Assembly: GCA_937927875.1 (NCBI GenBank)
Contig: CALEYV010000034.1
Location: 1 to 56,482, forward strand
DNA length: 56,482 nt
Reading direction: 5' to 3'
DNA from: an uncultured Actinomycetes bacterium
Lineage (GTDB): Bacteria > Actinomycetota > Acidimicrobiia > IMCC26256 > PALSA-555
In this document: in pieces, positions 26,801 to 33,324 of the stretch
How positions within the stretch are numbered: position 1 is the stretch's first letter
Layout of the letters: the number at the start of each line of letters is the position of its first letter
The notes under the pieces: model-generated
What the model saw: the letters and a program-made list of their open reading frames with translations, nothing else
What the model was told of the DNA's origin: nothing
Databases searched by the model: none
Made by a program: the position numbers and the translations under genes

Positions 26801-27064
26801 CGCGCCTGCGGTGGTGGGCGTGGTGCTGCCCGGCGTGCTGGTGCCGGGCGTGGTCGTCGTCGTGGTGGTGGACGTCGTCGTCGTGGAGCTCGTCGTTGTG
26901 GTCGACGTCGAGGTGGACGTCGACGTCGTCGTGGCGGACCCGTCCGCCGACACCGAGCCGAGCCCGATCAGAACCGCGGCGCCGGCGAGCGTCACCGCAC
27001 CGACCGCGCCCCAGACCCGGGACACCGGCCGCGAGCCGCCGCGGAGCCATCGACGCGCGCGCAT
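23864..27064 (-). CDS. Large multidomain surface protein: signal peptide, Thr/Ser-rich tract, prealbumin-like module, three Ig-like repeats, Cys-containing module, Pro-rich stalk, C-terminal polytopic membrane domain
   Basis: Uninterrupted ORF. The track starts at GTG 27079; I prefer ATG 27064 (MRARRWLRGG...AVTLAGAAVLIGLGSVSA). Domain content was read from the translation (see findings). The last ~300 aa hold 8-9 hydrophobic helices. Confidence 0.85.
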   Translation of the reverse strand: MRARRWLRGGSRPVSRVWGAVGAVTLAGAAVLIGLGSVSADGSATTTSTSTSTSTTTTSSTTTTSTTTTTTTPGTSTPGSTTPTTAGASTAGGVGPGGQVGVQSAFASLTVVEASNGALETAFPFKIQGPGTSQSFSLDGDGSDGDNSRTANNLTPGTYTFGQTASVGGWPFNDANCVVPTSGATKTSLGSGLYSINLAGGDSVTCTFTNSQTSNTAPVVRTEPSDQTVTAGDTVSFSAAATGTPDPSVQWQVSTDSGANFSNISDATSTTYSFTAKLSDDGHEFRAVFTNAAGSVSSGEATLTVNSKPGVTTNPTDQIVTLGNQATFTAAATGKPAPTVQWQVCDGSVGVSSSVVHASGGIVAGPTCSDITGANSPTYQFTPTAADDGRQYQALFTNSAGSATTTAATLTVQFAPTVLSGGNPADQTVNVLQPATFVVKASGNPAPSFQWQVSTDGGATFSNIPSAIASSYVTPATALSDSGNQYRVVLVNSVGSLTTPAATLTVDQQACLPTPLPTLSSANPLGVSVTPPCHGPGGPVNIRPPSPAGPSPTGYQFLGQQMVIITPNGSAADPIAIQFVIDPSLLGGVDPTLVHVSRDGVVIPDCIGSTTAVGSPPSFACLSHRDMDSSGRLHLTVLTAQASTWDVAVANPPPTPPAVTPPAVSGPTASPPAAGPASAATTPAASTTPSPSPQVSGAAATAPPAVTPPAPPKGKSRTGIGTGFLGIFSGQPHRSEVVASVSPPGALDFSPKHLAANFSLALLFVLLSWFPAELINAVLREHHWRIAGQLGRHERHLRRFDAWLHSGPQHLMFVAFVLFGALVYGFLDPRFGLNPTSLVLVAGIAAGLAVITLAHELVRGWFVERRHRVRWELRTFPIGIALAIVLVALSRIANFQPGYAFGLVCGVVFRGKVEERDDGRSLAVATVTTLGLATAAWVLWVPIRDSALNGHASAMVLFLDAMLAFVWVFAIQTVMFSMVPLRYLDGERIRSWNKRGWLGLYVLSMFVFVEALVHPGNRYGGASSATIWSMLIIFIAFTVLAVGFWGWFRFEHWRAKQAPRDEMKVG
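25547..26413 (-). repeat. Three tandem Ig-like coding repeats (~90-107 aa each)
   Basis: Each repeat has the pattern P..Q.V..G..(V/A).F...A.G.P.P..QWQV...F.NI....Y.F.....D.G..(F/Y)(R/Q).(V/L)(F/L).N..GS....ATLTV. The 12-mer CACCTGCCACTG (encoding QWQV) recurs at 26306, 26033 and 25706. Confidence 0.7.
26786..26935 (-). repeat. Low-complexity Thr/Ser-rich coding tract
   Basis: Encodes SATTTSTSTSTSTTTTSSTTTTSTTTTTTTPGTSTPGSTTPTTAGAST directly after the signal peptide. The DNA is made of GTCGTCGTGGTGG-type triplet repeats. Confidence 0.8.
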
Positions 27065-27324
27065 CTCGATCCCGCCCACCCCCGTTACCTGTCCCGGACC
27101 CTTGGCGGACCGCTCACGGGAGCAGCGGCACGCGAGGCGCCCGCGTCCGCGTCCGCGACGCCGAGCCGCGCCCTACCCACGGCGCGCCCACCCGGCCTGC
27201 CGTCCATCGTCCCCATTCGCCCCAGGCCGGGCCCCGATCCCCAATGCACCGTGCGACCAGCCGTCGGAAAGGCTAGTGCAGGCCACGCTCCGCGCGCAGC
27301 GCCCCCGTCGAGGAGCGGACGGGC

Positions 27325-28335
27325 CTAGCCCTGGAAGGCGGCCAGCACCCCCCGCCAGCGATCGGGGTCGCTGCGATAGGGCGCGTAGAACATGATCCGG
27401 TCGACCAGATCGCCGAACCGATCCAGCAGCAGAGCCGGGATCTCCTCCGGAGAGCCGACCACGGCGAACGTCTCGAGCATGTCGTCGTCGATGCGGTCAC
27501 CCATGGCGACCCACTCCCCCCGCTTCGACAGGGTGTTGAGCTCGTCCTGGAGATCTCCCCAGCCGTGCAGCTCGAGGACACCCCGGTAGGCCGGCGTCGA
27601 GCCGTAGAACGCGATCTGCTGCTTGGTGCCCTGGCGGGCCGCCTCGACCTCCTGGTCGTTGGTGCCGGTGACCACGAACAGCGGGCCAGAGACCTCGAAC
27701 TGGGACCGGTCTTTGCCGCCCTTCGCGAAGCCCCGTTCGAGGGCCGGCATCGTGACCTCGCGTACGTAGCGCTCGGTCGTGAACCCATGGAGAAGGATGC
27801 CGTCGGCGACCTCGCCCGCCACCTCGGTCATCCGCTCGCCGACGGCCGCCAGCAGGACCTTCGGGTTGCCGAACGGGTTGGGACCCGGGTTGAAGAACGG
27901 CGTCATGAGGGTGTGTCGGTAGAACTCGCCGCGGAACTCGAGGGGCGTGCCGTCGTTCCAGCACGCCCAGATGGCCCGGATCGCGAGCACCAGCTCGCGC
28001 ATGCGGGCCGCGGGGTGGGACCAGGGCATCGAGAACCGCCTCTCGATGTGGGCCTTGATCTGGCTGCCGAGCCCGAGCCGGAACCGGCCGCCCGAAAACG
28101 CCTGGAGGTCGTAGCTGATGTTGGCCAGAGTCATCGGGTTGCGGGCGAACGCGACCGCGATCCCGGTGCCCAGCTCGAGCCGGTCGGTGTGCTCGGCCGC
28201 CACCACGAGTGGGAGGAACGGGTCGTGGGACGTCTCGGCGGTCAGCCCGCCGTCGTAGCCGACGTCTTCGAGCTCGCGGGCGACCCGGGCGACCTCGGCC
28301 GGCGTCGCACCCGGCAGGCCGCCGTCGATCTTCAC
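27325..28335 (-). CDS. LLM-class F420-dependent oxidoreductase
   Basis: GTG at 28335 gives (M)KIDGGLPG... GYDGGLTAETSHDPFLPL, RLELGTGIAVAFARNPMTLA, RFRLGLGSQIKAHIERRF. The upstream 21 codons of the track ORF are Arg/Pro-rich. Confidence 0.85.
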   Translation of the reverse strand: MKIDGGLPGATPAEVARVARELEDVGYDGGLTAETSHDPFLPLVVAAEHTDRLELGTGIAVAFARNPMTLANISYDLQAFSGGRFRLGLGSQIKAHIERRFSMPWSHPAARMRELVLAIRAIWACWNDGTPLEFRGEFYRHTLMTPFFNPGPNPFGNPKVLLAAVGERMTEVAGEVADGILLHGFTTERYVREVTMPALERGFAKGGKDRSQFEVSGPLFVVTGTNDQEVEAARQGTKQQIAFYGSTPAYRGVLELHGWGDLQDELNTLSKRGEWVAMGDRIDDDMLETFAVVGSPEEIPALLLDRFGDLVDRIMFYAPYRSDPDRWRGVLAAFQG

Positions 28336-28423
28336 GGCGGCGGAGCGTACCGGGCGACGCCTTGCCGGGCCCGGGGCCGCGGTCCGCGGGCCTGTCACAC
28401 CCCGGCGATACCCTCCGGCGAGG

Positions 28424-29251
28424 ATGGCTCCACTCCCCTACGCCCTCTCGCCGAGCTCGATCAGCACGTTCAAGGAGTGCCCGCTCGCGTTCAAGTTCTC
28501 CTACGTCGACCGGCTCCCCGAGCCCCCGTCGGTGTGGACCGCCAAGGGCACCCTCGTCCACCTGGCGCTGCAGTACCTGCTCGACCGGCCCGCGGACGAC
28601 CGCACCGTCGACGCCGCCCTCGCCGACCTCGACCGAGCCCGGGTCTCGCTCGCCCACGACCCCGAGTTCGCGGCCCTCGAGCTCGACGACGAGGAGCGGG
28701 CCGCCTTCGACCGCGACTCCGAGTCGCTCGTCCGCCGCTACTTCGAGCTCGAGGACCCGCAGGCGGTGCACCCGATCGGGCTCGAGCTGCGCCTGGAGGC
28801 GCAGGTGTCCGGCGTCCGGATCCGCGGCGTCATCGACCGCCTCGACCTGGTGGACGGCGAGCTGGTGGTGACCGACTACAAGACCGGGCGCGTCCCGTCC
28901 GAGTACTTCGAGGCCAAGAGCATGGCCGGCGTCCACATGTACGCGCTGCTCTGCGAGCAGAACTTCGGCCAGCGGCCGCACCACGTCCAGCTGCTGTACC
29001 TGTCGAAGCCGGAGGCGATCATCGCCCGGCCGAGCGACCAGTCGAGCACCGGCCTCAGCCGCCGCACCGTCGCCCTGTGGCAGGCGATCGAGCAGGCGTG
29101 CGCGCGGGACGACTTCCGGCCCCGGCCGAGCCGCCTGTGCGACTTCTGCACCTTCCGGCCTTACTGCCCGGCACACGGCGGTGACCCGACCGAGGCCGCG
29201 TTCCTGCGCGGCCCCGGCACGGTCGTCGAGCCGATGCTGCCGCTCGGCTGA
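28424..29251 (+). CDS. PD-(D/E)XK nuclease, RecB/Cas4-like with Fe-S cysteine pattern
   Basis: SPSSISTFKECPLAFKF (N-terminal Cys), GVIDRLDLVDGELVVTDYKTG (D...D/E-x-K), VQLLYL (QxxxY), C-terminal CDFCTFRPYC (CxxCxxxxxC). Confidence 0.8.
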   Translation: MAPLPYALSPSSISTFKECPLAFKFSYVDRLPEPPSVWTAKGTLVHLALQYLLDRPADDRTVDAALADLDRARVSLAHDPEFAALELDDEERAAFDRDSESLVRRYFELEDPQAVHPIGLELRLEAQVSGVRIRGVIDRLDLVDGELVVTDYKTGRVPSEYFEAKSMAGVHMYALLCEQNFGQRPHHVQLLYLSKPEAIIARPSDQSSTGLSRRTVALWQAIEQACARDDFRPRPSRLCDFCTFRPYCPAHGGDPTEAAFLRGPGTVVEPMLPLG

Positions 29252-29316
29252 ACACTCGCCGCCCGTCGCGGGGTGCCGCGACCGGGCGATACGACCGGCC
29301 ATAGGCTCGATCCCTG

Positions 29317-29844
29317 ATGGCTCCCCTCAGCGAGGCTGTCACCGCGTTCGACGAGCGGGTCGAGAAGTGGCTCGCGCCTCGTCGCTCGGAAGCGGTCGAC
29401 CACGTCATGTACGGGATCTCGAGCGCGGCCGACCACGCGCTGCTGTGGATCGGGCTCGGCGCGCTCCGCACCCTGCGGACCCGGGACCTGCGCTGGGGTG
29501 GACGGTTCCTGCTCGCGCTGGCCGGCGAATCCGCGGTGACGAACTCCGTCAAGCTCGGCTTCCGGCGGGTCCGACCCTCCGAGCACTTCGAGCACGACGC
29601 GCCCCTGCCGTACAAGATGCGGCGGCCGATCACGTCGTCGTTCCCGTCCGGGCATGCCGTGACGGCGTTCACCGCCGCCGCCGTGCTCTCGAAGGGCAAC
29701 CGGATGGGCCCCGTGTACTACGCGCTGGCGTCGACGATCGCGGCGAGCCGCGTCTACACGCGCATCCACCACGCGTCGGACGGAATCGCCGGCGTCGCGC
29801 TCGGTCTCGTCCTCGGGAGGATCGCCAGACGGCTGGTACCGTGA
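29317..29844 (+). CDS. PAP2 family phosphatase (membrane)
   Basis: KLGFRRVRP (KxxxxxxRP), PSGH and SRVYTRIHHASD (SRxxxxxHxxxD), plus hydrophobic helices. Confidence 0.8.
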   Translation: MAPLSEAVTAFDERVEKWLAPRRSEAVDHVMYGISSAADHALLWIGLGALRTLRTRDLRWGGRFLLALAGESAVTNSVKLGFRRVRPSEHFEHDAPLPYKMRRPITSSFPSGHAVTAFTAAAVLSKGNRMGPVYYALASTIAASRVYTRIHHASDGIAGVALGLVLGRIARRLVP

Positions 29845-29867
29845 GCCAACGCGACCGGGGAGATCGA

Positions 29868-30461
29868 GTGGCTCGCACCATCGGCGTGACGTTCGACTAC
29901 CGCTGTCCGTTCGCCCGCAACGCGCACGAGGCCGTGATCGCGGCGGTGCGAGACGGTGCGCTGCCCGACGTGGAGTGGCGGTTCCTGCCCTTCTCCCTCG
30001 ACCAGGCTCACGCCGAGGAGGATGAGCCGCCGGTATGGGAGCGCTCGCCGGAGTCGTGGGGCACCGGCGTCCTCGCCCTGCTGTACGGGATCAGCGTGCG
30101 CGACGCGTTCCCCGAGCGCTTCCTCGACGCGCACCGGGAGTTCTTCGCGGCCCGATTCGACCACGGCCGCAAGCTCGGCCACGAGGATGTGCTGCAGGAC
30201 GTCGTGGCCTCGGTCGGGCTCGATCCCGACGCCGTCGCCGGTGAGGTGTGGAGCGGGCGCCCGCTGAAGACGCTGGCCACCGAGCACACCCAGGCCGTCG
30301 AGGAATGGAAGGTGTTCGGCGTGCCGACCTTCGTCGAGGACGACGACGCCGTCTTCGTCCGGCTCATGGAGCGGGGCCGGGTCGACGACCTCGACCGGTT
30401 GGTCGGGCTCCTGGAGTGGAGCCGGCTGAACGAGTTCAAGCGCACGCAGGTGCAGCGCTAG
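29868..30461 (+). CDS. DsbA-like thioredoxin-fold protein
   Basis: GTG at 29868 preceded by GGGGAGA, inside track ORF 29181..30461. IGVTFDYRCPFARNAHE...VFGVPTFV is characteristic of the DsbA / 2-hydroxychromene-2-carboxylate-isomerase-like fold. Confidence 0.7.
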   Translation: MARTIGVTFDYRCPFARNAHEAVIAAVRDGALPDVEWRFLPFSLDQAHAEEDEPPVWERSPESWGTGVLALLYGISVRDAFPERFLDAHREFFAARFDHGRKLGHEDVLQDVVASVGLDPDAVAGEVWSGRPLKTLATEHTQAVEEWKVFGVPTFVEDDDAVFVRLMERGRVDDLDRLVGLLEWSRLNEFKRTQVQR

Positions 30462-30537
30462 GTGTAAGTCCAGCGTCGGGTGGCACGCACCTTGATGCTG
30501 ACGCCGCGCCGCCGCCCGGGTGCCCCCACGAGACAAC

Positions 30538-30560
30538 GGGTTCGACCGCGACCCGAACCC
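30538..30560. terminator. Hairpin between convergent genes (candidate terminator)
   Basis: GGGTTCG-accgcgac-CGAACCC is a 7-bp perfect stem. No U-tract. Confidence 0.3.
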
Positions 30561-30577
30561 GCGAGCACCCGGCAGCG

Positions 30578-31699
30578 CTAGCCGTCGGGGCGGAAGCCGT
30601 CGGCGAGGGAGCGGCGAAGCGATCGGTACACCGCCTCAGGAGTGAGGACGCCGAGGAAGCGGTCACCGTCGAGTACCGCCACCCAACCCCCCTGGGTTAG
30701 GAGGGTCATCGCCAGCGCGTCCTGCAGATGGCCGGTGCTCGGTACCCAGGCCTCGATTCGCTCCAGGTGGTCACGGACTCGGCCGTCGCCGGTCACATGG
30801 TCTGCGACGACGGAGCCGTGGAGCATCCCGAGGGCGTCGGCGGCGGCGACCCAGCCCATCCCGGTGCCCTGGATCGCCTCGCGGGCTTCGGCGAGCGTCG
30901 CATCGGGATCGACGGTGGGTGGGTGCTCGAGGAAGTCGAGGTCGATGGGCGTGACCCGCAGACGCTTCAGCCCCCGGTCGGGGCCAACGAAGTCGGCGAC
31001 CATGGGCGACGCGGGGTGCCCGAGGATCTCGGCCGGGACGTCGTATTGGGCGAGGACCCCACCGACGTTCAGAATCGCGATGCGGTCACCCATCTTCACT
31101 GCCTCCTCGATGTCGTGGGTGACGAACACCACGGTCTTGCGCACCTCGGCCTGGAGGCCGAGGAACTCATCTTGGAGGCGGGCTCGGGTCACCGGGTCGA
31201 TTGCACCGAACGGCTCGTCCATCAGCAGCACCGGAGGATCGGCGGCCAGTGCGCGCGCGACTCCCACGCGCTGGCGCTGCCCACCCGAGAGCTGGGTCGG
31301 ATAGCGGTCCCGATAGGTGGACGAGTCGAGGCCCACGAGCTCGAGGAGTTCGTGGACCCGCGCCGTGATCTTCTCCTTCGGCCACCCCAGGAGGCGCGGC
31401 ACCGTGGCCACGTTCGTGCCGATCGTCTGGTGGGGGAACAGCCCGACCTGCTGGATCACGTAGCCGATCCGGCGGCGGAGCCGGACCGGGTCGGCTTCGG
31501 TCACGTCGTCGCCGTCCAGGTAGATACGGCCACCGGTCGGCTCGATCAGCCGGTTGATCATCTTCAACGTCGTCGTCTTCCCGCACCCGGACGGCCCGAC
31601 CAGCACGCAGATCTCCCCGTCGCCGACATCGAGCGTGAGGTCGTGTACCGCGACGGTCCCATTCGGAAAACGCTTGCTCACCGAATCGAGCCGGATCAT
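30578..31699 (-). CDS. Osmoprotectant (glycine betaine/choline-type) ABC transporter ATP-binding protein with C-terminal CBS pair
   Basis: MIRLDSVSKRF, Walker A GPSGCGKTT, signature LSGGQRQR, Walker B LLMDEPF, then ~120 aa of CBS-like domain. The track start GTG 31723 is an alternative. Confidence 0.9.
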   Translation of the reverse strand: MIRLDSVSKRFPNGTVAVHDLTLDVGDGEICVLVGPSGCGKTTTLKMINRLIEPTGGRIYLDGDDVTEADPVRLRRRIGYVIQQVGLFPHQTIGTNVATVPRLLGWPKEKITARVHELLELVGLDSSTYRDRYPTQLSGGQRQRVGVARALAADPPVLLMDEPFGAIDPVTRARLQDEFLGLQAEVRKTVVFVTHDIEEAVKMGDRIAILNVGGVLAQYDVPAEILGHPASPMVADFVGPDRGLKRLRVTPIDLDFLEHPPTVDPDATLAEAREAIQGTGMGWVAAADALGMLHGSVVADHVTGDGRVRDHLERIEAWVPSTGHLQDALAMTLLTQGGWVAVLDGDRFLGVLTPEAVYRSLRRSLADGFRPDG

Positions 31700-31769
31700 G
31701 ACGTTGGACGGTCCGGCGGCCACGGGGAGACGTTATGCGGCACCTCGGCGGGGCGACCGAGAGCGTCGG

Positions 31770-31775
31770 TAGCAT
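31770..31775 (+). promoter_or_regulatory. -10-like hexamer TAGCAT, 6 nt upstream of GTG 31782 (candidate leaderless promoter)
   Basis: The context CGGTAGCATC resembles the CGGTACGATC motif seen at 17170 and 36318. Confidence 0.3.
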
Positions 31776-31781
31776 CATCCC

Positions 31782-32474
31782 GTGGTGCGGGCCGTGCTCG
31801 CCGCCGGCAACATCGGGCCCAAGTGGCTGTACTGGCCGTGGGTCACCAGCCACCTCGGCGAGATCCGCAGCCGCCTGACGGAGCACGTCGAACTGACCTT
31901 CCTCGCCGTCGGGTTCGGCCTGCTCATCGCGGTGCCGCTGTCGCTCATGAGCTCCCGGTTCCGTCGCCTCTACGGTCCGGTGCTCGCGGTCACGGGCGCC
32001 CTCTACACGGTGCCGTCCCTCGCCCTGTTCGCGCTGTTGCTTCCCATCACCGGCCTTTCCCGGACCACGGCGGTCATCCCGCTCACCGCGTACACGCTGC
32101 TCATCTTGGTGCGCAATATCGTCACCGGCCTCGACGCGGTGCCAGCCGACGTCAAGGAGGCGGCGGCCGGGATGGGCTACTCGCGGGCGCGCCAGCTGCT
32201 CCGGGTCGAGCTGCCTCTCGCGATGCCCGCCGTCGTCACCGGCGTGCGGATCGCCGCCGTCACGACGATCGGGCTGGTGACGGTCACCGCCCTCATCGGC
32301 CAGGGCGGGCTCGGGCAGCTCTTGCTCGACGGCTTCAACCGGGCGTTTCGTACCCCGCTCACGGTCGGGATCGTGCTGTCCCTCGCGCTCGCTGTGCTCA
32401 CCGATCTGGTCCTCGTCGGGATCCTGCACGTGACGACCCCGTGGCGACGGCCGGTAGGTCGGCGGAGCGCATAG
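31782..32474 (+). CDS. ABC transporter permease (OpuC-type)
   Basis: 230 aa, multi-pass. The EAAxxxG-type loop VKEAAAGMGYSRARQLLRVELPLAMP is present. Confidence 0.85.
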   Translation: MVRAVLAAGNIGPKWLYWPWVTSHLGEIRSRLTEHVELTFLAVGFGLLIAVPLSLMSSRFRRLYGPVLAVTGALYTVPSLALFALLLPITGLSRTTAVIPLTAYTLLILVRNIVTGLDAVPADVKEAAAGMGYSRARQLLRVELPLAMPAVVTGVRIAAVTTIGLVTVTALIGQGGLGQLLLDGFNRAFRTPLTVGIVLSLALAVLTDLVLVGILHVTTPWRRPVGRRSA

Positions 32475-33233
32475 ATGTTCAGCTTCTTGAACAACGTGGG
32501 GGCCTTCCTGACCGACAGCGCGCACTGGCACGGCCAGGAGAGCATCCCCAACCTGTTCCTGCAGCATCTGCAGCTCACCGCGGTGTCGGTGCTCGCCGCC
32601 GCGCTCCTGACCTTGCCCCTCGGCGTCGCGCTGGGCCACCTCCATCGCGGCGGCGTGGTCGCAGTGAACATCGTGAACATCGGTCGGGCCCTGCCCGCCC
32701 TCGCACTGCTCATCCTCGCGGTGCAGTGGACGGGCATCACGCCGCCGAGCGGACTGCTGTCGCCGGTCCGATCCCTTCCCGCGTTCATCGCGATGGTCGC
32801 GCTCGCGGCGCCGCCCATGCTCGCCAACGCCTACGTGGGTGTGGTGACCGTCGACGACGAGGTCGTGGAGGCGGCCCGCGGGATGGGCATGAGCGGCTTC
32901 CAGGTGCTGCGCCGCGTCGAGCTGCCAATCGCCGTCCCGCTGATCATGGCGGGGATCCGAACCGCCGCCGTCGCGGTCGTGGCCACCGCCACCCTCGCCG
33001 CCTACGTCGACGCCGGGGGCCTCGGCCGGTACATCGTCGACGGGTTCGCCGTGCAGGACGACGTGAAGGTGTTCGCCGGCGGGCTGCTGGTGGCGCTGCT
33101 CGCGGTCGCGGTCGAGCTCACGCTCGCCGGGACCCAGCGGGCCGCGACGTCCCCGGGCCTGCGGCTCGCGGGACGTGGTGGCTCCCGCGCCGACGCGCCG
33201 GTGGTCGCTCCGGCCCATGGGTCGCTCGCCTGA
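32475..33233 (+). CDS. ABC transporter permease (OpuC-type, second subunit)
   Basis: ATG immediately follows the upstream TAG. VVEAARGMGMSGFQVLRRVELPIAVP loop; multi-pass. Confidence 0.85.
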   Translation: MFSFLNNVGAFLTDSAHWHGQESIPNLFLQHLQLTAVSVLAAALLTLPLGVALGHLHRGGVVAVNIVNIGRALPALALLILAVQWTGITPPSGLLSPVRSLPAFIAMVALAAPPMLANAYVGVVTVDDEVVEAARGMGMSGFQVLRRVELPIAVPLIMAGIRTAAVAVVATATLAAYVDAGGLGRYIVDGFAVQDDVKVFAGGLLVALLAVAVELTLAGTQRAATSPGLRLAGRGGSRADAPVVAPAHGSLA

Positions 33234-33324
33234 GGCCGCGCGCCGACACCACCCAGCCGGTGGCTAGGGTTTGCCGGCCGGGGGGATCGCATCCGGTGTC
33301 TGGCAGCCTGCGGGAGGACGCCCG

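Noticed and set aside
26800-26950. Repetitive GTCGTCGTGGTGG-type DNA, considered as a CRISPR/VNTR-like array
   Set aside because: It lies in frame inside a long ORF and encodes the Thr/Ser tract. It has no repeat-spacer architecture, so it is a coding low-complexity region.
27497-29302. 601-aa minus ORF and 539-aa plus ORF (27565..29184) across the LLM and nuclease genes
   Set aside because: Low-complexity products. They overlap genes with clear LLM and PD-(D/E)XK signatures in other frames or on the other strand.
28424-30461. Cas4-like nuclease neighbourhood considered as a defence island
   Set aside because: The flanking genes are an LLM oxidoreductase, a PAP2 phosphatase and a DsbA-like protein. 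There are no helicase, methylase, ATPase, toxin or cas partners and no repeats, so there is no support for a defence system.
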